Positions 47,172 through 57,115 of a DNA stretch of 64,000 nt are shown here, in pieces. The translations under genes were made by a program, and so were the position numbers. The notes below the pieces were generated by a model, which was not told the origin of the DNA, searched no databases, and saw only the letters and a program-made list of their open reading frames with translations. Origin of the DNA: an uncultured Acidobacteriota bacterium (GTDB lineage: Bacteria; Actinomycetota; Acidimicrobiia; Spongiisociales; ZC4RG35); the NCBI GenBank assembly GCA_963720925.1, contig CAVRHE010000014.1:214575-278574 (forward strand), given 5' to 3'. Each line of letters opens with the position of its first letter. Within the stretch, counting starts at the first letter, position 1.

Positions 47172-47368
47172 TCAGAGACATCGAGATCCGGGGAGGCGCC
47201 GGCGAGTTCGAGGCAGCGTTGATCGCCGTCGTCCTAGACCGCATCAACGAAGAGGAGGGGGCTGCCAGCCAGGCGCCAAAGGATGGATCACGGCCCGTTC
47301 CGGTCTGGATGCTGGCCGAACGACCCGAGGAGCCGAACATGCCCCGGGACATCCTCCGCCCCCGTTGA
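47168..47368 (+). CDS. Small protein resembling the acyl-CoA carboxylase epsilon subunit
   Basis: 66 aa, ATGA-coupled to mce. IEIRGGAGEFEAALIAVVLDRI resembles the ACC-epsilon N-terminal pattern (..vrG.pt.eElAAl.avl..) from memory. Confidence 0.4.
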   Translation: MIRDIEIRGGAGEFEAALIAVVLDRINEEEGAASQAPKDGSRPVPVWMLAERPEEPNMPRDILRPR

Positions 47369-47375
47369 ATCTGGG

Positions 47376-48890
47376 TCAGGTCCGCCGCATCAGATCACGG
47401 AGCTCAGGCGCTCGGAGCAAATAGGAGACCCCGAGAAAGACAGCGATAGTGGTGAGCCCACCCACGGCGGCGGCGGCGATGGCCTCCCACAGATCGAGGT
47501 TCTCGCCGCCAAACATCGAGGACACGATTGGATATGCGACCACGGCAGCGACAGCGGCGGCGATCAGGCCACGGAGAATCGACGGGACGAGGGAACGCAC
47601 CGGCGACCACCCCGAGTCGAGACCCCAGGCGACGAGCAACGCCAGTGCATAGGCGGTCATGACCAGGGTGGAGGCCAGGGCGAACCCCTCGATGCCCATC
47701 GCCGAATAGAGACCGAGCCACACCGGGATTGCAATGAGAGTCCCGACAGTGCCGATGAGCACCACCCGCCACATCATCCGCTTCGCATAGAAATGGCGGG
47801 AGAGGATCTGGTGGAGGCCCCAGGCGGGAATGGAGAATGCGTAGAGGACGAGGAGGCGGGCCACGAGGCTGCCATCCGCCGCGGTGAATTCGCCGTGCTC
47901 ATAGAGAACGCTGACGAGGGGGCGAGCGAGTACGACCAGCGCTGCCATGGCGGCCGCGGCGACAAAGACTGTGTTGCGCGCCGCCCGACCGGTGGTTCGG
48001 GTCAGCTCCTCCTCATTCCCTCCCGCTGCCAGTCGGGCGAGGAAGGGGAAAGCGGCCACTCCCGCAGCCTGCGCGATCACGCCCACCGGCACCATGTTGA
48101 GCTGGCGAGCGAAGCTGAGGGCGGCGGTGGCGCCGACGTCGATCTGGCCGAACAGCCTCACGAACTGCTCGTCGAGAACGGCCACCGACTGGCCCAACAT
48201 CAGTGGCAGGGCCAGGATCAGGTACTCCTTGACCGATGACCTGCCACGGGGGACGCGGGTGAGCCATGTGCCGGTGGACCGGGCGCCGAACCACTGAAGT
48301 CCGAAGTTGCCCACCGCTGAGCCGATGACCGCGCCCCAGAGAAACGCCTCCGGCCCGGCCTCGCCGATCGCGGCACCGATGAGCCCGCCGGCGATGATCC
48401 CCAGGTTGTAGATGATCGGGGCCAACGCGGGGAACAGAAATCGACGATGCGTGTACTGGACAGCCATGAGCAAGGCACCCATCACGAGGAATACCTGGGC
48501 GGGGAGAACCAGCCGGGTCAGAGAAACCAATCGCTCGGGTTCTGGAACCCGGGGGAAGACGAGAGAGACGATTGGCTCTGCGGCCAGCCACATGGCGACC
48601 GTGAGACCGAGGATCGCCCATCCCACGAAACGGAACACGGAGGTGAAGGCCCGGCTGGCTCCGTCAGGGTCGTCCTGTTCCAGATGCCGGCTGAGGATCG
48701 GGATGAGCGTGATGGTGAGATACGCCCCGGCGAGAAGATAGTTGAGGAAATCGGGGATCAGAAAGGCCTGGCGGTAGAGGTCGCCGTCGGTGTTGACACC
48801 GATCAGCGTGGCGAGGAGCGCCTCACGACCCAGGCCGAGCAGACGGGAGATGAGGATGCTCGCCGAGATCAGAGCGGCGGCCGCACCCAT
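47376..48890 (-). CDS. murJ: Lipid II flippase MurJ (MviN family)
   Basis: 504 aa, polytopic: ...SRLLGLGREALLATLIGVNTDGDLYRQAFLIPDFLNYLLAGAYLTITLIP... Confidence 0.85.
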   Translation of the reverse strand: MGAAAALISASILISRLLGLGREALLATLIGVNTDGDLYRQAFLIPDFLNYLLAGAYLTITLIPILSRHLEQDDPDGASRAFTSVFRFVGWAILGLTVAMWLAAEPIVSLVFPRVPEPERLVSLTRLVLPAQVFLVMGALLMAVQYTHRRFLFPALAPIIYNLGIIAGGLIGAAIGEAGPEAFLWGAVIGSAVGNFGLQWFGARSTGTWLTRVPRGRSSVKEYLILALPLMLGQSVAVLDEQFVRLFGQIDVGATAALSFARQLNMVPVGVIAQAAGVAAFPFLARLAAGGNEEELTRTTGRAARNTVFVAAAAMAALVVLARPLVSVLYEHGEFTAADGSLVARLLVLYAFSIPAWGLHQILSRHFYAKRMMWRVVLIGTVGTLIAIPVWLGLYSAMGIEGFALASTLVMTAYALALLVAWGLDSGWSPVRSLVPSILRGLIAAAVAAVVAYPIVSSMFGGENLDLWEAIAAAAVGGLTTIAVFLGVSYLLRAPELRDLMRRT

Positions 48891-48904
48891 CTTGAGCGGC
48901 CGGC

Positions 48905-49744
48905 TCAGGAGGCGGCCTCCCGTAGTTGATCGACGACGTGGTCGGGGACCACCAGATCCCCGTACCCTGTGCCGAGCTCGAGACCCGGCTTGTACGATCC
49001 GTGGTAGTCGCTCCCTCCCGACACGATCAATCCGAAACGCCGTGCCAGGTCGGCATAACCCTCACGCTCGTGGCGGTGATAGGCGCCATACGTCGCCTCG
49101 AAACCGACCAATCCCGCCGAGCGGAGCCGGACCAGCACGTCGGCCATCTCGTGCGAGCGATTGATCCCAAGGGTGTGAGGGTGGGCCAGAACCGGCACGC
49201 CGCCCGACTCGCGAGCGAGACCGATCGCCTCTTCGGGGGAGAGTCTTGGTCTCGCGGCGTATGCGGGCCGGCCCGTCCCCAACCAGAGGTCGAAGGCCTC
49301 GGCGACCGACTCGACATAACCCTTCCGCATCATCACCGCGGCGATATGCGGTCTTCCCACCGAGCCACCTCCGGATTGCTCGATCACCTCCTCCAGAGTC
49401 ACGGGCATTCCCAGATCGGTCAATGCTTCGACGATGGCGGCGTTACGCCCCACACGCCCATTCTGAAGCCCTCCCAGCCGGTCCTGGAGTGGCCCCGGCC
49501 CCGGTTCCAACCAGAGGACCAACAGATGCATCCCGCCGAGATAATCGAGTGAGATCTCGGTCCCGGAGATGAGGTCGATCCCGCTTCTGCTGGCCGAATC
49601 GCGCGCCTCCTCGATACCTTCGAGAGTGTCGTGGTCGGTGAGGGCCACCACGCTCAGGCCAATAGCGACCGCCATGTCGACGAGCGCGGACGGCGACTCC
49701 GACCCGTCGGAGGCCGTGGAATGGGTGTGGAGGTCGACGGCCAT
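48905..49744 (-). CDS. PHP-domain metal-dependent phosphoesterase (TrpH/YciV-like)
   Basis: 279 aa: VDLHTHSTASDGS...ALTDHDT...ISGTEIS...AHP... Confidence 0.85.
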   Translation of the reverse strand: MAVDLHTHSTASDGSESPSALVDMAVAIGLSVVALTDHDTLEGIEEARDSASRSGIDLISGTEISLDYLGGMHLLVLWLEPGPGPLQDRLGGLQNGRVGRNAAIVEALTDLGMPVTLEEVIEQSGGGSVGRPHIAAVMMRKGYVESVAEAFDLWLGTGRPAYAARPRLSPEEAIGLARESGGVPVLAHPHTLGINRSHEMADVLVRLRSAGLVGFEATYGAYHRHEREGYADLARRFGLIVSGGSDYHGSYKPGLELGTGYGDLVVPDHVVDQLREAAS

Positions 49745-49779
49745 TGATTCTCAGGCAGGGATGATGGCCCGCCGGGCCG

Positions 49780-50568
49780 TCAAGGTCCGGTTACATCGAC
49801 CGTGGCTCGCTCGATGTATACGGTTTCCAACGGGAGGCTCTGTTCGGTTGATCCCGGCCGGACGGCTTTCTCGACTGCGGCGATCGCCTCGAGGGTGTCC
49901 TGTCCCGATACCACCTCGCCGAGGAAGTTGAACTGTGGATTGAGGGCCGAGGCGGCCTCCCCGGTGAGAATGAAGAATTGACTCCCCGTGGTTCCGCTGC
50001 CGACGTTGTCCATCATCACCATGCCCGGGGCCAGCACGAGATCGTCGGAGGGAAACTCGTCGGCTATCCGGTAACCAGGGCCACCGCTTCCGTTTGCCTC
50101 GGGGTCTCCTGAGAAGACCCGGAAATCCTCGACGATGCGGTGAAACACCTGCCCGTCGAAGAACCCCTCACGAACCAGGAACACAAAGGAGTTGGCCGTC
50201 GCCGGGGAGGCCGCTGGGTCGAGCTGGATTTCGATGTCACCACATGAGGTTTCCAGAGTGACCATCACCGTGGACTCAGGGGTGACGTCGGTCTGTGGCT
50301 CCGGAGCGGAGTAGGAGAGAACCGGCTCTGGATCGGGCTGTTCGGCCCCGCAGGCCGTTGGTTGGTTGCGAAACCCCTCATAGCCACCGGGGAGCTCGCC
50401 CTCGTCGCTGCCGAAGTAGGCGCCGGCGACGACTATTCCGACCACCACCACACCGAACACCAGCGCCGTCCCCAGCCGGCGTCCCAGCTCCTTACGGGCC
50501 TCCTGCTTCTTCTCGGCCTCTCTCTTGGCGGCGCGTTGCTCCTTCTGACGCCTGCGTCTATCGGTCAT
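49780..50568 (-). CDS. Membrane-anchored cyclophilin-type peptidyl-prolyl isomerase
   Basis: 262 aa with a basic N-terminus and a TM ([21 protein letters not shown]), then the cyclophilin core ...[20 protein letters not shown]...GSQFFI... Confidence 0.85.
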   Translation of the reverse strand: MTDRRRRQKEQRAAKREAEKKQEARKELGRRLGTALVFGVVVVGIVVAGAYFGSDEGELPGGYEGFRNQPTACGAEQPDPEPVLSYSAPEPQTDVTPESTVMVTLETSCGDIEIQLDPAASPATANSFVFLVREGFFDGQVFHRIVEDFRVFSGDPEANGSGGPGYRIADEFPSDDLVLAPGMVMMDNVGSGTTGSQFFILTGEAASALNPQFNFLGEVVSGQDTLEAIAAVEKAVRPGSTEQSLPLETVYIERATVDVTGP

Positions 50569-50652
50569 GGCGGAGCGACTCTAGGCACGAGCCCTGTGCA
50601 ATCCCGAGGCCGGTGTTCGTGTTTGTCGGGGAAACGTTCCAAACTGTTGAGC

Positions 50653-51885
50653 ATGTCCTTGGTGGTCCAGAAATTCGGCGGAACCTCGTTGGCGGACGCA
50701 GTCCGGATCAGGGCTGTCGCAGACCGCGTGGAGTCGACGCGCCGAGAGGGTCACGATGTCGTTGTTGTCGTCTCCGCCATGGGCGAGACCACCGACCAGC
50801 TGGTGGCCCTGGCCGCCGAGGTGAGCGAGGACCCCTCGCCCCGGGAGATGGACATGCTGTTGAGTGCCGGGGAGCGGATATCTATGGCGTTGCTCTCCAT
50901 AAGCCTCAATTCACGAGGCATTCCTGCGGTCAGCTACACCGGGTCACAGGCAGGCATCCTCACTGATTCCTCCCACGGATCGGCCAAGATCCTCGATATC
51001 CGAGGAACCAGGGTCCGAGACAGCCTGGCCCAGGGACGGGTGGTGATCGTGGCCGGATTCCAGGGGGTGGATCCCGAGTCGAAGGAGATAACCACCCTGG
51101 GGCGGGGCGGGTCCGACGCCACCGCCGTCGCCCTGGCAGCGGCCCTGGGCGCGGACAGCGTCGAGATCTACACCGATGTCGATGGGGTGTTCACCGCGGA
51201 TCCGCGGATGGTGCCCGATGCCATGAAACTCGACGAGATCCCCTTCGATGAGATGCTCGAGCTCTCCGCCGGCGGTGCCGGCGTCCTCATGTCGCGGGCG
51301 GTCGAGTTCGGGCGCAACTTCGAAATTCCGATTCACGTCAGATCCTCGTTCCACGACGGAGAGGGGACTTGGGTGCGCGAGTCCCCGATGGAGCAGGCCA
51401 TCGTGAGCGGCATCGCCCACGACAGATCCGAGGCGAAAGTGACGGTGAACCGGGTGCCCGACCGTCCCGGTGTCGCCGCGGCCTTGTTCGGGTCAATGGC
51501 AACGGCAGGCGTCAACGTCGACATGATCGTGCAGAACGTCTCCCACGACGGCAGCACAGACATCAGCTTCACCGTGCCACGCGCCAACCTGGTCGACGCA
51601 GAGCGCATTGCCAAGCAGGTGGCGGGTGAGATCGACGCCGAGTCGGTGGATGTGGATGCCGACATCGCCAAGGTCTCGCTGGTCGGAGCCGGGATGAAAT
51701 CCCATCCCGGTGTCGCCGCCAAAGTGTTCGAAACCCTGGCTTCTGCTGGCATCAACATCGAGATGATCTCCACCTCGACCATCCGGATCTCGTGTGTGGT
51801 CAGGGCCGATGAGGTCGAGGAAGCGGTACGGGCGCTTCACACCGCCTTCGACCCTCCGGCCACCTATGAGGAGGTGGGGGCGTGA
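50653..51885 (+). CDS. lysC: Aspartate kinase
   Basis: ATG 50653: [26 protein letters not shown]...[12 protein letters not shown]...[16 protein letters not shown]..., with C-terminal ACT domains. The longer ORF from 50362 overlaps the divergent PPIase gene. Confidence 0.95.
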   Translation: MSLVVQKFGGTSLADAVRIRAVADRVESTRREGHDVVVVVSAMGETTDQLVALAAEVSEDPSPREMDMLLSAGERISMALLSISLNSRGIPAVSYTGSQAGILTDSSHGSAKILDIRGTRVRDSLAQGRVVIVAGFQGVDPESKEITTLGRGGSDATAVALAAALGADSVEIYTDVDGVFTADPRMVPDAMKLDEIPFDEMLELSAGGAGVLMSRAVEFGRNFEIPIHVRSSFHDGEGTWVRESPMEQAIVSGIAHDRSEAKVTVNRVPDRPGVAAALFGSMATAGVNVDMIVQNVSHDGSTDISFTVPRANLVDAERIAKQVAGEIDAESVDVDADIAKVSLVGAGMKSHPGVAAKVFETLASAGINIEMISTSTIRISCVVRADEVEEAVRALHTAFDPPATYEEVGA

Positions 51886-52892
51886 GCGATCGGGTTGTGG
51901 CGGTGGTGGGTGCGACGGGTGCGGTGGGCCGCACGATGAGGGCGATACTCGAGTCGAGGGACTTCGCGTTGGGGTCTTTGCGTCTCATGGCGTCGGAGCG
52001 CTCCGCCGGCTCCGTAGTCGACACCGGATGGGGTGAGGTCGAGATCGAGGAACTCGATTTGGCCGATCCGACCGGAATCGACATCGCCCTTTTCTCTGCC
52101 GGTGGTGATCGCTCCAGGGCTCACGCTGGGCGATTTGCCGATGCCGGCGCGGTCGTGATCGACAACTCCTCCGCCTTCCGGATGGACCCGAGTGTTCCTC
52201 TGATCGTCGCCGGGGTGAACGACGCCGCGGTCGGGGCTCATCTCGGGATCATCGCCAACCCCAATTGCACCACCATGACGTTGATGATGGCGGCGGGCCC
52301 TCTGCATCGGGCCGCCGGCCTTCGCAGCATGGTGGCCACGTCATACCAATCGGTTTCAGGGTCGGGCCAGCAGGGTGTGGTGGAGTTGGTGGAACAGACC
52401 GATCTCCTTCGTCCCGACCTCGACGCCTTGATGACCGGCGGGTGGGAAGATCCGAAACCGTCGCTCTACGCCAGGCCGATCGGCTTCAACGTCCTGCCGC
52501 TGGCCGGGTCGCTCACCGAGCAGGGGTACACCGATGAAGAGTGGAAGCTGGTCAACGAGTCGAGGAAGATCCTCGACATTCCCGGCCTCCATGTAGAGCC
52601 GACCTGTGTCCGGGTGCCGGTGTTGGTGGGTCACGGTGTGGTTGCCTCACTTCGCTTCGAACGCCCGATGGAGCCGGAGGAGGCAATCGAGATCCTCGAG
52701 GCGGCGCCAGGAGTACGAGTCTGGGCGGACACGGTGCCTACCCCTCTGGATTCAGCCGGGATCGACGACGTGCTGGTGGGCCGGATCCGCCCCACAGTGG
52801 GTCACCCAGGTGGCATCAACCTCTGGGTAGTGGGCGACAACCTGCGCAAGGGCGCCGCTCTGAACGCGGTCCAGATCGCCGAGTTGCTCTAG
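51882..52892 (+). CDS. asd: Aspartate-semialdehyde dehydrogenase
   Basis: GTGA overlap with lys[15 protein letters not shown]...[14 protein letters not shown]...SYQSVSGSG... Confidence 0.95.
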   Translation: MSDRVVAVVGATGAVGRTMRAILESRDFALGSLRLMASERSAGSVVDTGWGEVEIEELDLADPTGIDIALFSAGGDRSRAHAGRFADAGAVVIDNSSAFRMDPSVPLIVAGVNDAAVGAHLGIIANPNCTTMTLMMAAGPLHRAAGLRSMVATSYQSVSGSGQQGVVELVEQTDLLRPDLDALMTGGWEDPKPSLYARPIGFNVLPLAGSLTEQGYTDEEWKLVNESRKILDIPGLHVEPTCVRVPVLVGHGVVASLRFERPMEPEEAIEILEAAPGVRVWADTVPTPLDSAGIDDVLVGRIRPTVGHPGGINLWVVGDNLRKGAALNAVQIAELL

Positions 52893-53215
52893 CCGGGGGT
52901 CGGTCTGTCGGTCGGCTCCTCGTCCCGGAGCAAGGCGGACATGCGGCGTCGCAGCAGTGGTGGGGCATTGCGTAACCCCAGGTCGAGAGCAAATCGTGCA
53001 TCGTCGGTCACGTCGAGGATGATCTCCTCGCCCTCGGCACGGACGTGGAACCCGTCGGGCAAGGCGGAGATCCGTATCTCGTCGCGCGCCCAGTCGCCGA
53101 CCTCGATCTGCCCCGCCATCATGGTGAGGCGATCGTCGCTGAGGTCGATCAGAACACTGATCGGTGCTTCGTCGGTTCCGTCCAATCGGAGCCGAGCGTC
53201 ATACGCGGTCATCAT
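52889..53215 (-). CDS. Hypothetical protein
   Basis: ORF 52889-53311. I favour Met33/34 (MMTAYDARLRLDGTDEAP...) after a GGGGAGG motif, but the spacing is very short, so the start is uncertain. No family recognised. Confidence 0.35.
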   Translation of the reverse strand: MMTAYDARLRLDGTDEAPISVLIDLSDDRLTMMAGQIEVGDWARDEIRISALPDGFHVRAEGEEIILDVTDDARFALDLGLRNAPPLLRRRMSALLRDEEPTDRPTPG

Positions 53216-53337
53216 CCTCCCCTGAGCTGTCTTCGCCAGCGAGATAAGCGTATCCCGGGATTGCCGGGAGGAAAGAGGTTCTTTTCGGTAACGGAATGGG
53301 CTTGGTTCCATGCCTCGCCTACCATTCGCGGCTCAAT

Positions 53338-53411
53338 CGGGACGTGGCGCAGCTTGGTAGCGCGCAGCGTTCGGGACGCTGAGGTCGTGGGTTCGAATCC
53401 CGCCGTCCCGA
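53338..53411 (+). tRNA. tRNA-Pro (anticodon CGG)
   Basis: Folded by hand into a cloverleaf. Acceptor CGGGACG/CGTCCCG, D arm GCGC-AGCTTGGTA-GCGC, anticodon arm CAGCG-TTCGGGA-CGCTG (anticodon CGG), variable AGGTC, T arm GTGGG-TTCGAAT-CCCGC, discriminator A. CCA is not encoded. Confidence 0.9.
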
Positions 53412-53715
53412 CTCAGAAACTCCAGTTCAGGGCCATCGGCAAGCGGGTGGCCCTGATTCGCGCCCGAGGACTTCATCGCAGACGGAGTGGCCGGAGATGT
53501 CGGACCATGGTCAGCCGAGCTTTCGCCGGCACCGCATTGGGCGACGAATAGCTTGACAGTCATGTGTGTGTGCTGCAGGCGTAGCGGATGACGAGCGCGC
53601 AACCAACTGGATGCTCGGGCGCCCACACCTCCGCGTGGCAATGCCCGACGGGCATTGACGGAGATCGTCCGCGACGTCTCGGTCGGGAGGGATCGCCAGC
53701 CTCGTCTCCGGGATC

Positions 53716-54432
53716 GTGATCCTGGGCTTCGGCGGGCGGTTGGTCATGTTCCTCAGTCGTGTCCTCCACCCCGAGGCGATCGGGCGCTTCACCGAGAACG
53801 GCAACGAAGTGGGGTTTTTCACGATCGACGGGACTTTGGGCTTGTTGATATTCGGTGGCATCTTCGGCGGGCTGGCCGCGGCACCGGTGTGGGTGGCGAT
53901 GAAACCGTGGATCCCACAGCGGTGGGCGATGGTCGGAGTCGGGGCGGTAGCCATCGGCGGGTTCCAACTGGTCACGTCCGACAACCCGGATTTCGAGATC
54001 CTCGAAGGACCGGCAGTCGATCTCGCGATGCTGCTGGCTCTGATTTTCGTTTTCGGGGTGGGTGTCTATCTGTTCGATCGATTCCTCGATCGTCGACTGC
54101 CGCGAGGAGACCGAACGGGCCAGATCGTCGTCTACGGCGCCATCACAGCGGTCGGTCTGTTGATGGTTCCGCTCGGCCTGGTGTTTCAGTTCTTGCAGAG
54201 CTTCGCCGACCACACCCACTCACCTGTCTGGACTGCCGTCTTCGTGTGTGCCACGGCACTGGTAACGCTCTGGTGGTGGGTAGGTCGGGCCAGGGGTCTG
54301 ACCGAGCCAACCCCGATTCAGCGTCGGCTCGGCACGGGATTTGCCGCAGCCGCAGCATTGGTCGGCCTTCTCCATCTGACACTCGAGATCACCGGATTCT
54401 TTAGGCATCTGACGTCGAGCGGTAACACGTAA
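53716..54432 (+). CDS. Hypothetical polytopic membrane protein
   Basis: 238 aa with about 6 TM helices. The reading frame is open and hydrophobic from 53659 (GGIASLVSGIVILGFGG) without a start codon. The N-terminus may therefore lie in another frame (TTG 53655, MTEIVRDVS...), which would be one more frameshift. Confidence 0.5.
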   Translation: MILGFGGRLVMFLSRVLHPEAIGRFTENGNEVGFFTIDGTLGLLIFGGIFGGLAAAPVWVAMKPWIPQRWAMVGVGAVAIGGFQLVTSDNPDFEILEGPAVDLAMLLALIFVFGVGVYLFDRFLDRRLPRGDRTGQIVVYGAITAVGLLMVPLGLVFQFLQSFADHTHSPVWTAVFVCATALVTLWWWVGRARGLTEPTPIQRRLGTGFAAAAALVGLLHLTLEITGFFRHLTSSGNT

Positions 54433-55028
54433 TCGAGGACACCGTTCAACGGTCTCGGGACCCGATCGAGGTCGAGAGACTCGACCAACAAGCGGGCGTA
54501 ATTCGCTTTCCGCCCGGATCGTGTCCCCATGAATCGCCAGAGAACCTGTTCGACAGCCCGGTCTCGGTGGAAGGGTTGTCGCTGCAGGATGCGAAAGGAC
54601 CCGAGTTCGCCCTGTTCCTCGATGATCTCGATGACGGCTTCGGCGCCAAGGGCACGGATCAGCTCCTCCTCCAGGTCGGAGACGCAGACGAAGAACCCGT
54701 GTGACTCCATGTCGTCGCCCGTGAGATGGACGCCCATGCCGGCCCGCTCCAACCCGCGTCGGAAGTCGCCTTCCTCCGCGGCGTCACAGAGACCGGCGAG
54801 GCGGTAGTCGTGTCCGTGGGGACCGAGCAGGTCCAGGAAATGACCGATTGTCGTCGCTCCTCCCATGGGGACGATGGTGACTCCCTCCACTCCCAGATCT
54901 CGGCCACGGCGCCTGGCCAAGGTTTCCAGCGCGGCCTGGTCGCTGGCCCCTTCCACGAGCACGACGGTGCTCGGCTCGATGCCGCCGGCCAGAGCCCGTC
55001 TCACCGCAAGCAGCTCTGGGGAGTCCAT
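54318..55028 (-). CDS. Stand-alone TOPRIM (OLD-nuclease-like) domain protein
   Basis: TVVLVEGASDQAALETLARRRGRDLGVEGVTIVPMGGATTIGHF...RLAGLCDAAEEGDF...FVCVSDLEEELI. The last ~38 codons overlap the convergent membrane gene by 115 nt, so the true 3' end is probably nearer 54430. Confidence 0.55.
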   Translation of the reverse strand: MDSPELLAVRRALAGGIEPSTVVLVEGASDQAALETLARRRGRDLGVEGVTIVPMGGATTIGHFLDLLGPHGHDYRLAGLCDAAEEGDFRRGLERAGMGVHLTGDDMESHGFFVCVSDLEEELIRALGAEAVIEIIEEQGELGSFRILQRQPFHRDRAVEQVLWRFMGTRSGRKANYARLLVESLDLDRVPRPLNGVLDYVLPLDVRCLKNPVISSVRWRRPTNAAAAANPVPSRR

Positions 55029-55120
55029 GCCCTCTAGGTTGGCACTCGGTCGTTCTCGCCCCGCCCATTATTTGAGCCCTTCGTGCCTGGTGATATTGGA
55101 GGACGGCTGGTGGCGTTGTG

Positions 55121-55483
55121 TCAAACGGGCGAGGTGGCCCCCAGGGCGACGCGCAGTTGGTGGGCGGAGAAGGGTTTGACGACCCAGGCGTCAGCACCGG
55201 CACGCTTGGCCAGGAATCCGTCGACCTCCCGATCGAGGAGGATCACCAGGCGGGGCAGGTCTTCGCCTTCGAGCGAAGCCTTGATCTCGCGGACCACGGC
55301 CATGCCACCCATGTTCTTCACCTGCAGGTCGACGATCACCACGTCCGGGTCTGTCTCGCCGACCTTGGCACCGGATTGGGTGGGGTCATCGAGGGCCTCG
55401 ACCTCCCAGTCGCCAAGGGGCAGGGAGGCGAGGACGTCATTGACCACCCATCCCGTGTCGGCGATGACCAGTGCCATTGGCAT
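55121..55483 (-). CDS. Single-domain response regulator (CheY-like receiver)
   Basis: 120 aa: ALVIADTG..., VVIVDLQVKNMGGMAVVREIK (phospho-acceptor Asp context), ...DAWVVKPFSAHQL. Confidence 0.75.
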   Translation of the reverse strand: MPMALVIADTGWVVNDVLASLPLGDWEVEALDDPTQSGAKVGETDPDVVIVDLQVKNMGGMAVVREIKASLEGEDLPRLVILLDREVDGFLAKRAGADAWVVKPFSAHQLRVALGATSPV

Positions 55484-55551
55484 CCACGGACGTTAGTGGT
55501 TGGGGTCACAGCCGAATCCTTGCCCTCTGGCGACTCCTAACCTCACGAAAC

Positions 55552-56763
55552 GTGCGTCCCGCCCTGTTGCTCACCGTTCTGCTTCTGGTCGTCGCCGCCT
55601 GTTCGGGCGAGGGCGGGGCCGAGGCTGGTATCGAGGTCATCGACGTCAGTGGCCCGCTCGACGCTTCAGCCCTCGATTTCATGCGCACCTCGATCGAGGA
55701 GGCTGCGGCCGACGGTCAGGTCCTGGCCGTCCTCCAGGTCGATTCTCCAGCCGTGCTGGATGCTGGATCTCTAGCCGCCCTGGAACAGGTTCTGGATAGC
55801 CCGCCCTTGCCGGTGGCGGCCTGGATTGGCCCGGCCCCGGCGCTGGCCAACGGAGGAATCGGGCAGATCATCCTCGATCTCGAGCACGCCGCAATCTCCA
55901 CGGGCTCCGAGATGAATCTCACGCCGGTCGTGCCCGGCGAAGTGACCAATGTTGGTCAACCGATTACAGCCGAGGAGTCAGGGCTCGAGCTCCAGCCCAC
56001 GATCCGCCAGTACCTACAGGATCTGGATGGGGTCACCTTCGCCACCGCCGGCGGCCCTGTCACCGTGGAGACCTTGGTGCCCTTCGACAATGGGGTCACT
56101 CTCCGGGAGGTCACGTTTCGCCAGCCCGGGCTGGCCACCCGCTTCTGGCGTCTCGCCGCCACCCCCGAGGCAGCGTTCTTCTTCCTGGTCGTCGGTCTCA
56201 CCATCGCCTCGTTCGAGTTTTTCGCCATCGGTCCCGGAGTCGCCGCTGGTGTTGCCGCAATATCCTTGCTCCTCGCCGGCTGGGGAATCGTCACGCTCCC
56301 GGTGAGGTGGTGGGCCTTGGCGCTTGCCCTGCTCGGCTGGGCTTTGCTCACCGCTGCCTACCAGAAGGGTGGAGTCTTCGCCCTCACCATCGCCGGCGCG
56401 GTGATGCTCCAGCTTTCCGGGACCTTCTTCGTCTTCGGCTCAGGTCAGATCGACCCCCGCTGGTATCTGGTTCTTCCTTCGGTTCTGGCAGCTCTCTTCT
56501 TCTTCCTGCTCGCGATGCCCACCGTGCAACGAGCGCGGTTCTCGACGAGGACGATTGGGCGCGACGGTCTGATCGGGGAGAGGGGTGTTGCAATGGACGT
56601 TTTCGACCCTGATGGGGTGGTCGAAGTCAGGGGCGCACGGTGGCGGGCGACCGCTCACCGGGAGGCCGGGCTGACCGCCGGGTCCGAGATCCTCGTCTCC
56701 GGCGTCGACGGGATGTTCCTCGAGGTCGAGCCCGCCGGGGGCACCGCGAAAACAGAAATTTGA
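55552..56763 (+). CDS. NfeD-family membrane protein (ClpP-like N-domain, TM core, C-terminal OB-fold)
   Basis: GTG 55552 gives VRPALLLTVLLLVVAACSGE (lipobox-like), then a ClpP/SppA-like domain, 4-5 TM helices and the NfeD C-terminus GERGVAMDVFDPDGVVEVRGARWRATA...GSEILVSGVDGMFLEVEP. Confidence 0.7.
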   Translation: MRPALLLTVLLLVVAACSGEGGAEAGIEVIDVSGPLDASALDFMRTSIEEAAADGQVLAVLQVDSPAVLDAGSLAALEQVLDSPPLPVAAWIGPAPALANGGIGQIILDLEHAAISTGSEMNLTPVVPGEVTNVGQPITAEESGLELQPTIRQYLQDLDGVTFATAGGPVTVETLVPFDNGVTLREVTFRQPGLATRFWRLAATPEAAFFFLVVGLTIASFEFFAIGPGVAAGVAAISLLLAGWGIVTLPVRWWALALALLGWALLTAAYQKGGVFALTIAGAVMLQLSGTFFVFGSGQIDPRWYLVLPSVLAALFFFLLAMPTVQRARFSTRTIGRDGLIGERGVAMDVFDPDGVVEVRGARWRATAHREAGLTAGSEILVSGVDGMFLEVEPAGGTAKTEI

Positions 56764-56852
56764 AATTGCCATTTTCTCCCTTGCCGCCGGGCAACGCCGT
56801 GAGTAGGTTTCCGCCGGTTGTCGCTAGACAGGGAGGAGTCCGTTTGTCGGGC

Positions 56853-57092
56853 ATGGACGATTGGCAGCTCGACGCCCTCTGTAGAGGGAGTCATGCCTTT
56901 CTCTTCTTTCCGCCTTCGACGTTCGAGCGCAAAGACGAGCGGGAGCGCAGAGAGATGAAGGCCAAGGCGATCTGCGGGGTGTGTCCCGTGCGGGTTCCCT
57001 GCACTACACACGCCCTCCAGATCCGGGAACCATTCGGTATCTGGGGAGGTCTCACCGAAGTCGAGAGAAGGAGCGTGCCGCTGGTCAGTTGA
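56853..57092 (+). CDS. WhiB-family (Wbl) Fe-S transcription factor
   Basis: MDDWQLDALCRG...AKAICGVCPVRVPC...FGIWGGLTEVERR has four Cys in the Wbl pattern plus the G[IV]WGG turn. An alternative in-frame TTG start at 56844 lies 5 nt after GGAGGAG. Confidence 0.85.
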   Translation: MDDWQLDALCRGSHAFLFFPPSTFERKDERERREMKAKAICGVCPVRVPCTTHALQIREPFGIWGGLTEVERRSVPLVS

Positions 57093-57115
57093 TCGTCGGC
57101 GCTCGGAGTCAGGGC

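Noticed and set aside
47283-48239. 318-aa + strand ORF
   Set aside because: It is antisense to murJ and has a Gly/Asp/His/Arg-rich composition.
53553-53590. Perfect TTGACA hexamer (53553-53558) as a promoter for the downstream membrane gene
   Set aside because: No acceptable -10 element (TANNNT) lies at 16-19 nt spacing. A single hexamer match is expected by chance.
57093-57115. tRNA-Sec (selC) next to selB or selA
   Set aside because: The flanking intergenic spaces (23 nt and ~45 nt) are too short. I also saw no sequence with a UCA anticodon loop plus a long variable arm elsewhere in the window, although a manual scan cannot be exhaustive.
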